Shown: positions 38,780-49,308 of the stretch, piece by piece
Layout: every line of letters starts with the position of its first letter
How positions within the stretch are numbered: the first letter of the stretch is position 1
Source: a virus
Reading direction: 5' to 3' (one strand)
Length of the DNA stretch: 64,000 nt
IMG/VR virus record: IMGVR_UViG_3300025000_000061
Location: 32,001-96,000 of that record
Notes under the pieces: generated by a model
Database searches by the model: none
What the model was told of the DNA's origin: nothing
The model's input: the letters and a program-made list of their open reading frames with translations, nothing else
Position numbers and translations under genes: made by a program

Positions 38780-39391
38780 ATGATATTACTATTAAAATTC
38801 TGGACTAGTCAGTTATTTATGGATTATGATACTAGAGTTAAGTTTATTTATAATAATTTTTTAAAACTTAATCTATATAGTTTATTTATATTTGTAAGTG
38901 TTATGATTATAGGATTATTCGTTAATATTCATTATAGATTATCTTTAACTATTTCTATGTTTCATTTATTGTTTGTATTTATGATATCTATGGCTAACAA
39001 TAATGATTATTCTAGAATACTTACAAAAGAAAGAAAAATAAAACTAGAAGAAGAAAGATTGAAATGTGAAGAGCAAGATAGAATAGCAAGAGAGAATGAA
39101 AGAATCAGAAAAGAAAAAATTCATAAAGAATATGAAGATCAACAGAAAAGAATGCATGAAGAATTTATTAAATATTTTTTCAATAATTATTATATTTACA
39201 ATACAAATGATAATTTAAATGCATTGTTGACAATATTAGATTTGCCAATTGATACTAGAGATTTTAACATAATTAATAAGCAACATAGGAAATTAGCAAA
39301 ATTATATCATCCTGATATTTATAAAGACAATGGAATAAAGTTAAAAGAAATTAATGTTGCGTTTGATAAATTAAAGAAAATATTAAAGTGA
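38780..39391 (+). CDS. Membrane-anchored J-domain (DnaJ-like) protein
   Basis: 2 TM, coiled coil, C-terminal RKLAKLYHPD..KEINVAFDKL. Confidence 0.82.
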   Translation: MILLLKFWTSQLFMDYDTRVKFIYNNFLKLNLYSLFIFVSVMIIGLFVNIHYRLSLTISMFHLLFVFMISMANNNDYSRILTKERKIKLEEERLKCEEQDRIARENERIRKEKIHKEYEDQQKRMHEEFIKYFFNNYYIYNTNDNLNALLTILDLPIDTRDFNIINKQHRKLAKLYHPDIYKDNGIKLKEINVAFDKLKKILK

Positions 39392-39405
39392 GGTAGGATT
39401 AGTAT

Positions 39406-39957
39406 ATGAATTACTATGCTGGAATAGGTTCAAGAGAGACACCAAATGAAATATTAAAATTATTTGAAAAAGTAGGAAAGTTTCTTGCCAAGAAAGGTTT
39501 TATTTTAAGAAGTGGTGGTGCAGGAGGAAGTGATCAAGCATTTGAAAATGGGAATGATTTAGTTAATGGTAAGAAAGAAATATATTTACCTTGGAGAAAT
39601 TTTGAAGGTTCTGATTCTAAATTAGTTGTTAATGATGTAAAAGCATATAAATTAGCAGAGAAATTTCATCCTTATTGGCACAATTTATCTCAAGGAGCGA
39701 AAAAATTACAAGCACGTAATGGTCATCAAATTTTAGGATGGGATTTAAATACACCTTCTAATTTTGTAATATGTTGGACTGAAAAAGGCAAAGGTAAGGG
39801 TGGCACAGGTCAAGGTTTAAGAATAGCAAAGGCATATGAAATACCTGTATTTGATGCTGGAAGGTTTGATAATATTGATGAAATAAGATTGACATTAAAA
39901 GAATTTTTAATTCAGAATTCTAGTTTAGAAGAAATAGATATTAAATTAAAGGAGTAA
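39406..39957 (+). CDS. SLOG/DprA-like nucleotide-binding phage protein
   Basis: YYAGIGSRETP, LRSGGA.GSD.AFE, ARN..QILG and GGTGQ motifs. Confidence 0.8.
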   Translation: MNYYAGIGSRETPNEILKLFEKVGKFLAKKGFILRSGGAGGSDQAFENGNDLVNGKKEIYLPWRNFEGSDSKLVVNDVKAYKLAEKFHPYWHNLSQGAKKLQARNGHQILGWDLNTPSNFVICWTEKGKGKGGTGQGLRIAKAYEIPVFDAGRFDNIDEIRLTLKEFLIQNSSLEEIDIKLKE

Positions 39958-40147
39958 ATATAAAATTGAAATATATTAGTAAAACTATTAATTATTTAAT
40001 TTCACTATATTTTATTATCTTATTTATTTCTTTATTTTTCGGATATAAACCAACAAATGTAGAAATAGGATGTGCTTCTTTATTTGCTTCAATATTTTTC
40101 TTAGATTATGCTAATAATAAAATATAATTAAAAAGGAGAGATTATTA

Positions 40148-40498
40148 TTGATTGAAAAAATATACAAATATATAAATAAAATAACCAATAGTTTAAAAAT
40201 ACACTTCTTAGATAGTGATGTAAAACAATTATTAATTAATAGAGGTTATATTCCTATAGAAATTATTTCAAAAAATAAAGAATGCTATCAAGAAACATAC
40301 AATGAATATATGTGGACTAATTATTGGACATATTCCTATGAAATAAAAGTAAAAAATATAGATAATTGCAAGTATTATATAATAACCGCTATTCATACAT
40401 TTAGCAGTAAAAATGATAGTGATAGTAGATATTATATAAAAGAAATAAAAGATATTAATGGTGTAATTAAAGATAATAAAACATATTATAATATTTGA
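40148..40498 (+). CDS. Hypothetical protein
   Basis: TTG start with SD. Confidence 0.7.
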   Translation: MIEKIYKYINKITNSLKIHFLDSDVKQLLINRGYIPIEIISKNKECYQETYNEYMWTNYWTYSYEIKVKNIDNCKYYIITAIHTFSSKNDSDSRYYIKEIKDINGVIKDNKTYYNI

Positions 40499-40723
40499 AA
40501 GGGAAAGGGGGAATATAACCATGATTGAAAAATCTTGTTATACTTGTATAAGTGCTGGCGTATCAAAAGAAAAGTATCCTTGTGATAAGTGCCACAATCA
40601 GAATAATTGGAGATATAGATATAGTGTTCAATCGTTGTGTTTGGTTGGAGTATGTTTAATAGCTGTTGGGATTATTGTTTTATTGTAAATATAAATAAAT
40701 AATAAAAAAGGAGATAAATACAT

Positions 40724-41008
40724 ATGAACAAATACAATGATGTAGATTGTTGCTTTGATTGCGTAAAACAATTTAATGATGAATTATGTAAAAATGATAT
40801 GTATTGTAAAACAAAAAATAATTGTAGTACAAATCATTGTAGTCCTGGTGCTTGTAAAAATTTTGAGAAGAAAGAAGCAATGGTAACTATCACAAAAGCA
40901 GAATATGAAGAATTAATAAAGGATAGTAATTTGTTAGAAGCACTTAGATGTACAGGAGTAGATAATTGGGTAGGATATAGTAGTGCATATGATCTTTTAA
41001 ATGAATAG
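40724..41008 (+). CDS. Hypothetical protein (Cys-rich N-terminus; L..GVDNW.GY C-terminus)
   Basis: ORF with SD. Confidence 0.75.
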   Translation: MNKYNDVDCCFDCVKQFNDELCKNDMYCKTKNNCSTNHCSPGACKNFEKKEAMVTITKAEYEELIKDSNLLEALRCTGVDNWVGYSSAYDLLNE

Positions 41009-41029
41009 GATGAAGAGGAGTAAATACAT

Positions 41030-41230
41030 ATGAAAGTAAAGATATTGTCTGGTCATAATAAAATTGGTGAAATAGTTGAAGCGAAGAGATATTGCGAATT
41101 AAATGAAGAAGAATTAGAAGAATCATTAGGTGGTTATGGATGGGAAAATGTAAATGGAATATTTATTCAACATAAAAGTAATGAATGGATATATATGTTA
41201 AATGAAGAAGTGGAGATTGTGGAAGAATAA
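41030..41230 (+). CDS. Hypothetical protein
   Basis: ORF with SD. Confidence 0.7.
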   Translation: MKVKILSGHNKIGEIVEAKRYCELNEEELEESLGGYGWENVNGIFIQHKSNEWIYMLNEEVEIVEE

Positions 41231-41305
41231 TTTTTAGATACTACATATAGTGGATGCAATAATAAAATACCACTATATGTAGATAAACTTTAGAAAGGAA
41301 AGAAA

Positions 41306-41722
41306 ATGAAAAAATACAATGAACCATATCAAGTAAATCAAATATGGGTATCTGAAACTAACCCTGAGCAAGATTTCTTTATTTATTGGGTAGATTATGA
41401 TAGAGTAAGTGATAATGCATATGATTATAATTATTATTCACACATACTTACTACAAAAATAAACAAAGAAGCATTTGAAAATTATGTTGCTAAAAAATTT
41501 AAATGTAATTCATTTGCTGACATAAAAAGAGAAAGCATATATCCTTATTCATGGTGGGGAGAGTATAAACCTAGATCATTAAAACAATTAGTAAAAAAGT
41601 ATAATATAAAATTATTAAAAACTCTTAATTATGAAGTAAATGATTATTGCAATATAGGTAATTATAGTTATAATTATAGTGTTAAAGATATTGAAAAAGT
41701 TATAGGAGAGGTAAGAAAATAA
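41306..41722 (+). CDS. Hypothetical protein
   Basis: ORF with SD. Confidence 0.75.
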   Translation: MKKYNEPYQVNQIWVSETNPEQDFFIYWVDYDRVSDNAYDYNYYSHILTTKINKEAFENYVAKKFKCNSFADIKRESIYPYSWWGEYKPRSLKQLVKKYNIKLLKTLNYEVNDYCNIGNYSYNYSVKDIEKVIGEVRK

Positions 41723-41741
41723 AATAGAAAGGAGATAATAT

Positions 41742-42281
41742 ATGGAAATTGGAGATAAGGTATTATTTTCAACAGGAAAAGAAGAATTAAAAAGTAATAT
41801 TGGAATAATCATTGCCTTAAAAAATAATAAATTCATAATTCTTAATAGAAGTTATAATTGTAATACTATTTATACTATTGAAGGGAATTATATTGATAGT
41901 ATAACTAATGTAAATAGAATCAGAGAAGATATAAAAACATATTATACACCTCAAATAGAAGAATTAAAATCTAAATTAAAAACTGTAACATCTGAAGAAA
42001 AAATACAAGAACGAATCAATAAATACAATGATATTAAAAATAGGATTATAGTAAATTGTGAAAGATTAATTGTTTGTTCAGATGACGATGAATTTGATAA
42101 TCGACTAAAGGAAATAGATAAACTGAAGAAACAATTATTTAGCATTGATTTAGAATGTGGTGATATTATCCGAAAAGAAAATGGTAGGATTAAATATGAA
42201 ATTAAAAAACTTGAAATCGAAATGAATGGTAGATTAAATAATATTAATGATGAAAGAATTATTAAAGCATTTGAGTTTTAA
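41742..42281 (+). CDS. Hypothetical protein (KOW-like N-terminus, coiled coil)
   Basis: ORF with SD. Confidence 0.75.
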   Translation: MEIGDKVLFSTGKEELKSNIGIIIALKNNKFIILNRSYNCNTIYTIEGNYIDSITNVNRIREDIKTYYTPQIEELKSKLKTVTSEEKIQERINKYNDIKNRIIVNCERLIVCSDDDEFDNRLKEIDKLKKQLFSIDLECGDIIRKENGRIKYEIKKLEIEMNGRLNNINDERIIKAFEF

Positions 42282-42542
42282 TAAAAAATACATAAAACAT
42301 TAGCTAGGAGGTAATTTTATGGACTTGGAAACTGCTTGTAAGAATTATGAAGAAGAGTATCATAGAAATGTTGAAGAATTACATCAATTAAAAACACAGG
42401 TACAAAATATGATTGAAAATTTATTTATTGATGGATTCACTACAAATACTAAAAAAATGATGGTTGAGATTTTAAAAAAATGTAGGTAAATAATGTTAAA
42501 ATAAAAGACACATTTGATCGTAAAATCAGAAAGGAATAATAT

Positions 42543-42788
42543 ATGAAAATAGCAGAAACATATACATACTATGTTATTTACAATATAACTAAAGAAGAAT
42601 ATTACTCCGATATTGTAGATGTAGGACATTACAGGATTGAATATAAATTTAATAAATTAATTAGTGAAGCAATCCTTTATAATACAAGAAAAGAAGCAAA
42701 TGAAGATATAAGAGAATGGATAAATAGAAACAGTACAGATAAATATATTGTTAAAAAGATTAGATTAGATTATTCTATAAATAATTAA
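42543..42788 (+). CDS. Hypothetical protein
   Basis: ORF with SD. Confidence 0.7.
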   Translation: MKIAETYTYYVIYNITKEEYYSDIVDVGHYRIEYKFNKLISEAILYNTRKEANEDIREWINRNSTDKYIVKKIRLDYSINN

Positions 42789-42804
42789 AAAAGAAGAAAA
42801 TAAT

Positions 42805-43134
42805 ATGAAAAAATATAAATTAATAAAATCAAAAAACAAAGAAAAAATATTTACTGTTACAATTGAAGCAGATTCAAACGATGGAGATTATATCACAGCA
42901 ACTAGTGATTATAATGAATTAGAATTTGAAGAAATAGTAGATGAATTAATTAGATTAAAGAAATATTATGGTGATTCACATCAATTTGAAGATTTTTATA
43001 ATACTGAATATAATATTGATATTCCATATAGTGAATATGGTAGATGCCATACATTATCTTCTATTGAAATTTATTGTATTGAGAATGGACAATATTATGA
43101 AGTTGAATTAAATTTAAATGATGTTGTTTTCTGA
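42805..43134 (+). CDS. Hypothetical protein
   Basis: ORF; ADSNDGDY motif. Confidence 0.7.
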   Translation: MKKYKLIKSKNKEKIFTVTIEADSNDGDYITATSDYNELEFEEIVDELIRLKKYYGDSHQFEDFYNTEYNIDIPYSEYGRCHTLSSIEIYCIENGQYYEVELNLNDVVF

Positions 43135-43168
43135 TAATTAATTAATAAATTATAAGGAGAAAATAATT

Positions 43169-43606
43169 ATGGAATTTAAATATGAATCAGTTAATAATAC
43201 AATACTTAATATGTTATATTTGCCTAATCAAATTGAAATTGAATGTGATTTTGTACTTACTAATGAAGATACTATATTTAAAGGTAAATCAAAAATTATG
43301 AGAGGTGAAGAATATATAGAAATTAAAGGTAGTCTAATAGATTATATTACTTCTGTTACTAAAAATTCTAATGTTATTTATATGTCAGACATTCCTAGTG
43401 AATATGAATGTAATCTTAGTAATTTACCAAAAAAGAATATGAAGAAAGATATTATAGATATGGATATTAATATTAAATTTCCTAGAGTTAAAATATCACC
43501 TAATATTGATATTACTATGTCTTATGATACTTCTAATTTAATAGGTAATATTCATCCATTGTATGATTATAAGAGTAGGGATATAATGATTTTAAGTTGT
43601 GATTAA
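43169..43606 (+). CDS. Hypothetical protein
   Basis: ORF with SD. Confidence 0.7.
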   Translation: MEFKYESVNNTILNMLYLPNQIEIECDFVLTNEDTIFKGKSKIMRGEEYIEIKGSLIDYITSVTKNSNVIYMSDIPSEYECNLSNLPKKNMKKDIIDMDINIKFPRVKISPNIDITMSYDTSNLIGNIHPLYDYKSRDIMILSCD

Positions 43607-43629
43607 TTGGTGTAAAGGAGATATTAATT

Positions 43630-43866
43630 ATGTCAATTATTGATTATAGTTACTACACTATACCATTAAAAAATATTAAGAAACATCAAAAATTTATATT
43701 ATATTCAATAAATAATCTTTCTAATGCTATAGGTTATAATAATGCTGTAAAATTAGTCATGCAATCAATATTAATAGAAATGTTAATGTATGATTGGAGA
43801 TATGTTTATCATTATGATGTTAGTTATTGGTGTGATGAGATTATGAAGTATCCTGTTATAAATTAA
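43630..43866 (+). CDS. Hypothetical protein
   Basis: ORF with SD. Confidence 0.7.
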   Translation: MSIIDYSYYTIPLKNIKKHQKFILYSINNLSNAIGYNNAVKLVMQSILIEMLMYDWRYVYHYDVSYWCDEIMKYPVIN

Positions 43867-43905
43867 AAAACATCACAAATAATTAGATTTGTGATGATTT
43901 AGGTA

Positions 43906-43934
43906 TTGACAGAATAATAAAATAAATATATAAT
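43906..43934 (+). promoter_or_regulatory. Consensus sigma-A promoter of the RNA-repair operon
   Basis: TTGACA-17 bp-TATAAT, 8 bp downstream of a 28-bp repeat. Confidence 0.85.
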
Positions 43935-43971
43935 AAGTATAAATTATCGAGAGAGGAGATAAAAATAATAA

Positions 43972-45270
43972 ATGAGTTATAATGCATACATAGTTAAAAT
44001 TAAAACTATCAGAAAACATTCAAATGCTGATAGACTTCAAGTTGCAACAGTGTTTGGAAACGATGTTATTGTAGGATTGGATGTTAAAGAAAATGATATG
44101 ATGCTATATTTTCCTACAGATGGTAGACTTAATGTAGAGTATTGTAGAGTAAATAGACTTCTTAGAGAAAAAGATGAGCAAGGTAATAATATTGGTGGTT
44201 ACATGGATGAATCAAAATGTCATGTCACAACAATAAAGTTAAGAAATGAAAGATCGGATGGCCTCTTAATGCCAATAAAAAGTTTAGAGAAATTTACTGA
44301 TATAAATACCTTAAAAGAAGGAGATACTATTTCAACTCTTAATGGGATATTAATATGTGAAAAGTATATTCCAAGAGGTAAGAATAGAAATAAAACAGAA
44401 GTAACGCCTAAAGAAAAGAAAAAGAAGAAAACTGATACAATATCTTACCCATTCTTTGAAGAGCATAGGGATACATCTCAACTAGCATATAATACAGCAC
44501 AATTTAAAGAAGGTGATTTATGTGTGATTAGTTTGAAGCTACATGGAACATCGGGTCGTAGTACATATACTATTAAAGAAAAGAAAAAATTGCTTCCATA
44601 TTGGTTATATAAAACATTGCAAATTGTGAAAATAAAAATACCAAATAAAAAATCATGGGACTATATTTCAGGAACAAGAAGGGTAATACTAAAAAATTAC
44701 GATAATGGATTTTATGGAAATGATAATTTCAGAAAAGAATGGCATGATTTTTTTGTTGATAAATTACATAAAGGCGAAACTGTTTATTATGAAATTGTAG
44801 GATATGTAAATGAAAATACAACTATTATGCCTGAATGTAACAACAAGAAAACTAAAGATAAAGAGTTTATCAAACAATATGGAGAAACTACTAGATTTAC
44901 ATATGGTTGTGAAGTAGGGCAAAATGATATTTATGTATATAGAATGACTAAAACAGATGAAGATGGTAAAGTGGTAGAGTATTCAACAAAATATACTCAA
45001 ATTAGATGTGAACAAATGGGAGTAAAATTTGTACCAGTGTTTGATAAATTTATATTTACTACAGTTGATGATTTAATGGAAAGAGTTAATACATATGTTG
45101 ATGGTGTTGATCCTATTGGTAAAAATCATATTAAAGAAGGTATTGTTGTTAGAATTGATGATCGTGAGAAATTTACTGCATTTAAACACAAAAGTTTTAT
45201 GTTCAAACTTTTAGAGGGCATTATTAAAGCAGACGATATTGTTGATATGGAAGAATTGGAATCTGCATAG
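43972..45270 (+). CDS. ATP-dependent RNA ligase (Rnl2/DRB0094-like) with N-terminal OB fold
   Basis: HSNADRL N-terminus; motif I KLHGTS; YYEIVG; EGIVVR; FKHKS. Confidence 0.85.
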   Translation: MSYNAYIVKIKTIRKHSNADRLQVATVFGNDVIVGLDVKENDMMLYFPTDGRLNVEYCRVNRLLREKDEQGNNIGGYMDESKCHVTTIKLRNERSDGLLMPIKSLEKFTDINTLKEGDTISTLNGILICEKYIPRGKNRNKTEVTPKEKKKKKTDTISYPFFEEHRDTSQLAYNTAQFKEGDLCVISLKLHGTSGRSTYTIKEKKKLLPYWLYKTLQIVKIKIPNKKSWDYISGTRRVILKNYDNGFYGNDNFRKEWHDFFVDKLHKGETVYYEIVGYVNENTTIMPECNNKKTKDKEFIKQYGETTRFTYGCEVGQNDIYVYRMTKTDEDGKVVEYSTKYTQIRCEQMGVKFVPVFDKFIFTTVDDLMERVNTYVDGVDPIGKNHIKEGIVVRIDDREKFTAFKHKSFMFKLLEGIIKADDIVDMEELESA

Positions 45271-45283
45271 AATTATAAAATAA

Positions 45284-45326
45284 TTATACTTATATCTTAC
45301 TTTCTTACAATAAGATATAAGTATAA
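45284..45326. terminator. Intergenic hairpin
   Basis: TTATACTTATATCTTA / TAAGATATAAGTATAA. Confidence 0.5.
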
Positions 45327-45345
45327 TATAAAAGGAGATAATATT

Positions 45346-45699
45346 ATGTGTGATTTAGACAAGAGATTTAAAGAAGTGCAAGAATTAAGGGATGAATTAA
45401 ATACATATCATACAGAATTACAAAGTAATCTAAGTGTTGTTGATAAAGAAATAGTAGATTTGGAACATTATATAGAATTTTATAATTTTAATGCATCTCA
45501 AGGATTTAAAGCATATAAAATGTTGCAGGAAAGATTAATTAAAAGAAGAGAGATTAAAAAATCAATTGAGAAATGCAATATTATATGGAATGGTAATGTA
45601 AGAGATTTCGCAATAGGGAAAAGTATAGACAAGCAAATGAAAAGCATTGAAAATAAGAAATATACTGCTAGAGTATTAAAGGAATTATTTGAGAATTAA
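45346..45699 (+). CDS. Conserved phage coiled-coil protein
   Basis: DKEIVDLEHYIE..NASQG.KAYK..RR.IK motif. Confidence 0.75.
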   Translation: MCDLDKRFKEVQELRDELNTYHTELQSNLSVVDKEIVDLEHYIEFYNFNASQGFKAYKMLQERLIKRREIKKSIEKCNIIWNGNVRDFAIGKSIDKQMKSIENKKYTARVLKELFEN

Positions 45700-45711
45700 G
45701 GAGTTGGTTAA

Positions 45712-46644
45712 GTGGAAAAACCAAAACTAATTTGCCTCGTTGGATTACCAGCATCAGGCAAGTCATTTTATGCAAAACAATTAGCAGAACAATATAGTGC
45801 AAAAATATACTCATCAGATCAATTAAGAATAGAAATGTTTAACGATGTTAATGAATGTGATAGAAATGAAGAATTATTTAAGGAATTAAAATTAAGAGTA
45901 AAAAGTAGTTTATCTAAAGGTGAAAATGTTATTTGGGATTCTACTAATATTTCATATAAAAAACGTAAAACAATATTAGAAGAAATGAGAAAATATAATT
46001 GTGATAATATATGTTATTTGATTGCTACTCCATATGAGAAATGTTTAGAACAAAACATACATAGAGAAAGAAAAGTGCCAGAGCATATCATTAGGAAAAT
46101 GTATATGAATATTAATATACCTCAGACATATGAAGGATTTAATGAAATTAATATTATTTATAATACAAATAATATGATGTTTGATGTAAAAGAATTATTA
46201 TATTCATTAGATTTTATAGATCAAGACAATCAATATCACACATTAACAATCGGAAGACATTGTAGAAAATGTGCTGATAACATTAAAAATATGATGTATT
46301 ATAATAAAATAGTTAATGAAAATTGTGAAAATTTATATTTAGCAGGTTTATTACATGATATAGGTAAATGTTTCTGTAAATCATTTAAGAATAGTAAAGG
46401 CGAAATTACTGAAAATGCTACATATTATCAACATCATTTAGTATCTGCTTATGATAGTTTGTTTTATTTAAAAGATTTAGGTGTGAGTAAAGATGATATA
46501 TTAGAAATTACTAATTTAATTCAATGGCATATGAGATTATTTAATGAAACTGAAAAATCTAAAAAGAAATTTATTAGTATGACTAGTCAAGGATTTTATA
46601 ATGATCTATTGTTATTGCACAAGGCCGATATTAATGCAAAATAA
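45712..46644 (+). CDS. Polynucleotide kinase (AAA_33) fused to an HD phosphohydrolase
   Basis: GLPASGKS P-loop, SSD..R, DSTN; H..HDIGK..H..WHM..AD. Confidence 0.85.
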   Translation: MEKPKLICLVGLPASGKSFYAKQLAEQYSAKIYSSDQLRIEMFNDVNECDRNEELFKELKLRVKSSLSKGENVIWDSTNISYKKRKTILEEMRKYNCDNICYLIATPYEKCLEQNIHRERKVPEHIIRKMYMNINIPQTYEGFNEINIIYNTNNMMFDVKELLYSLDFIDQDNQYHTLTIGRHCRKCADNIKNMMYYNKIVNENCENLYLAGLLHDIGKCFCKSFKNSKGEITENATYYQHHLVSAYDSLFYLKDLGVSKDDILEITNLIQWHMRLFNETEKSKKKFISMTSQGFYNDLLLLHKADINAK

Positions 46645-46647
46645 TAG

Positions 46648-46676
46648 TTGACAATATATTAATAGAATGATAAAAT
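46648..46676 (+). promoter_or_regulatory. Sigma-A promoter (AGAATGATAAAAT family)
   Basis: TTGACA-17 bp-TAAAAT with extended TG. Confidence 0.75.
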
Positions 46677-46705
46677 AATAATAAATAAAAAGGGAGGTTA
46701 ATCTT

Positions 46706-47755
46706 ATAAAAACGAACATATTTATACCTAAAACTATCAAAGTAGGTTTTCAAAATCGTAATGATACATACACAAAGAAACTAGCATACGTTATCTATTA
46801 TGATCAAAAAGGCAAATTAAGGAAAGAAGTTAGCTGGAACGGCTGGAGGGATAATAAAATTGAACCACAAGAATTTGTCAATGAACCAATTTCAGGATTT
46901 GTATTAAATAAAAAAGCAGGAGATTATTCTACTCATTGGAATCATCGACAAGCATATTGTAGAGTATATGACATCAGGGACTTCGAATTTGAAATTACAA
47001 TAGAAAATCTTTTATATATCCTAGAAAACACTTCATCAATTAAAGGGAAAGGATTAGAAGGAGAATTTGTTTATGGATGGGACGGAAAGGATTTATTATT
47101 AATTCCTTGTGATTCACCTGATTATAAAGAAATGGTTAAACTTAACAATTTAAGACATGAAAAGAAAAAGTTTGATAGTAAGAATATGATTTTAGGTGCA
47201 ACATATAAAAATAATAAAAATAATGAATTAATTTATTTAGGAAGATTTTATGAAAGAAATGGTGACAATAAAGAATCAAAATCATACTTCTTTTATGACA
47301 GAAATTCAAAATATAATTATTATAAAGTTACTACTATTAAATCTTTGACAGGAAATATAATTGATATAGTAGATGAAAATTGTATTGAAGATTATTCTAA
47401 TTTAATGGATGAATTATTAAAAAGTAATTATTATTCTACTAGAGAACAGAAATATGATGAATATATGAATTATACATTAATTGAATTTAAAGAAAGTTTA
47501 AATAAACATGCATATTCATATCATAGATACTATGTTCAAGTTGAAGATAAATATGTAAAATATCATATAGAAAGATATAGAGGTTATAGTTATTATAATA
47601 GTGATTATAAATATAATGTTTATGCATTAAGCAAAGGACACAAGGATGAAGTAATTATTAGAGATGCATCAATAGAACAAGTATTCAATAAAATAAAACC
47701 TAAATATTTAGTTACATATGATAAAAATAAAAATATAATTAAGGAGTGGAAGTAA
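46706..47755 (+). CDS. Conserved phage hypothetical protein, 349 aa with ATA start (track ORF truncated at 47132)
   Basis: Frame open from ATA 46706, 8 nt after GGGAGG; IFIPKTIKVGFQNRNDTYTKKLAYVIYYD..RKE.SW.GW. Confidence 0.75.
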   Translation: MKTNIFIPKTIKVGFQNRNDTYTKKLAYVIYYDQKGKLRKEVSWNGWRDNKIEPQEFVNEPISGFVLNKKAGDYSTHWNHRQAYCRVYDIRDFEFEITIENLLYILENTSSIKGKGLEGEFVYGWDGKDLLLIPCDSPDYKEMVKLNNLRHEKKKFDSKNMILGATYKNNKNNELIYLGRFYERNGDNKESKSYFFYDRNSKYNYYKVTTIKSLTGNIIDIVDENCIEDYSNLMDELLKSNYYSTREQKYDEYMNYTLIEFKESLNKHAYSYHRYYVQVEDKYVKYHIERYRGYSYYNSDYKYNVYALSKGHKDEVIIRDASIEQVFNKIKPKYLVTYDKNKNIIKEWK

Positions 47756-48186
47756 ACATGTTAAACAAACAAAATATAAATGATGAAAAGATTATGCAGT
47801 TAAAATTTCAGATTCAAGAGAAGAAGAAAAGTTTAAAAACTAAGAAAAGATTTACACCTTTAACAAATTGTAATTTAGAATTGGATGGAGTAAGATATAA
47901 TATCCAAGTTCCGAACAAGGAAATATTAACTACTTTATTGGTTAAATTGAATATGTATAGGTTGTCTATTATTGATCCATATTTAGAATTAATAGATGAT
48001 TTTATTATTTCTGGATATACTGTTGATGAATGGATTAAGGATATTAAATTAAAATTGGAAATTTTGAGGTATGAGGAAGAGGATAGAAAGTTGAAGGAGT
48101 TAGAAAGGAAACTTCATCAATTGCTCAGTGTCGAAAAGAAAGTAGAATTAGAAATTGGTGAGATTGAAAGTTTAATTGGTGAATAG
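47746..48186 (+). CDS. Conserved phage coiled-coil protein
   Basis: ORF with SD; the SD favours ATG MLNK. Confidence 0.75.
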   Translation: MEVNMLNKQNINDEKIMQLKFQIQEKKKSLKTKKRFTPLTNCNLELDGVRYNIQVPNKEILTTLLVKLNMYRLSIIDPYLELIDDFIISGYTVDEWIKDIKLKLEILRYEEEDRKLKELERKLHQLLSVEKKVELEIGEIESLIGE

Positions 48187-48269
48187 TAAATAAATAAATT
48201 ATACCATATAGGGTATGATAATAAATAAACATACCTTATATAGTATAAAATCAAATGAGGTGAATTGAT

Positions 48270-49013
48270 ATAGATAATAATATTGATGGATATGCAAAAT
48301 TAATTACTAATCAAAAAGGTGAGTTATTATCTATTATTGAATTAAATTGTAATAATAAAGCATTTCAACAATATTTAGAGGATTCTCCAATAGAATATTT
48401 TAAGGATATAGAATATGATAATAAAAATTCTGCCATTTTAATAACATTTAAATTTAAAAGTGAAATATCATATTCTTATGAGGGCATAGAAGAGTATGAA
48501 GATTGGGTAGAAATAATTGATGAAATATTATTAGAATCTAATTATAAAGATAAGATTATTAATAATGTGAAAGAGTTATTAAATATTTTAACAAGTATTA
48601 AAAACAATACAATTGTATTTCAAAATAATTATTATGAATATAATAATTATTATTTTGAAACAGCAGGAGAGTTAGAGAAATATATTTATGAACAACTTTA
48701 TGATTTTATAAATGATTATGAAGAATATTTTGAAGATGACGATATAATAAATGTGAAATTACATAATGAAATAATGGATTATATTAATAATTATAATTTT
48801 TATTTTAAACCTATTGATATAGAATTAACAGGAAACAATGGTGTAGATTATATTAAGATTACTCAAAATTATAATCAATTTAATAATAATACTGTTTTTA
48901 TTGAAATAGGTTATTGTTGTGTTGTTATTTTTAAGAAAGTTGTTCGTGTTGAGTTTTTGACAGGATTATTTAATAAGATTTTTGTTGAAGGTATTTTAAA
49001 TATTAATGAATAA
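48270..49013 (+). CDS. Hypothetical protein, probable ATA start 48270 (track ORF starts at 48567)
   Basis: Frame open from ATA 7 nt after GAGGTG. Confidence 0.65.
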   Translation: MDNNIDGYAKLITNQKGELLSIIELNCNNKAFQQYLEDSPIEYFKDIEYDNKNSAILITFKFKSEISYSYEGIEEYEDWVEIIDEILLESNYKDKIINNVKELLNILTSIKNNTIVFQNNYYEYNNYYFETAGELEKYIYEQLYDFINDYEEYFEDDDIINVKLHNEIMDYINNYNFYFKPIDIELTGNNGVDYIKITQNYNQFNNNTVFIEIGYCCVVIFKKVVRVEFLTGLFNKIFVEGILNINE

Positions 49014-49039
49014 AAACAATAGCAAATTTATGTTTCATT

Positions 49040-49279
49040 GTGAATTTAATAGAAGGAGGGAAAATTTTTATGTACACTTATATTATATGTATGAAAAATG
49101 GCAAAGAATATAAAATCAAATGTGATTTTAATTTTAAAGATTTAATTGATAATATAATGTCGAAAAATCAAAATGAAATTAAACTATTACATTTTAATGT
49201 AGTAGATTCCAAAGATAGAATTGTTGCTATAATAGGTGGTGAGGTATCAAGTATTGAGTATTTTGTTAAAATTAATTAG
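49040..49279 (+). CDS. Hypothetical protein
   Basis: ORF; the SD favours ATG MYTY. Confidence 0.7.
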   Translation: MNLIEGGKIFMYTYIICMKNGKEYKIKCDFNFKDLIDNIMSKNQNEIKLLHFNVVDSKDRIVAIIGGEVSSIEYFVKIN

Positions 49280-49308
49280 TAAGATTAAAATGTTGTAGAA
49301 AATAATAG

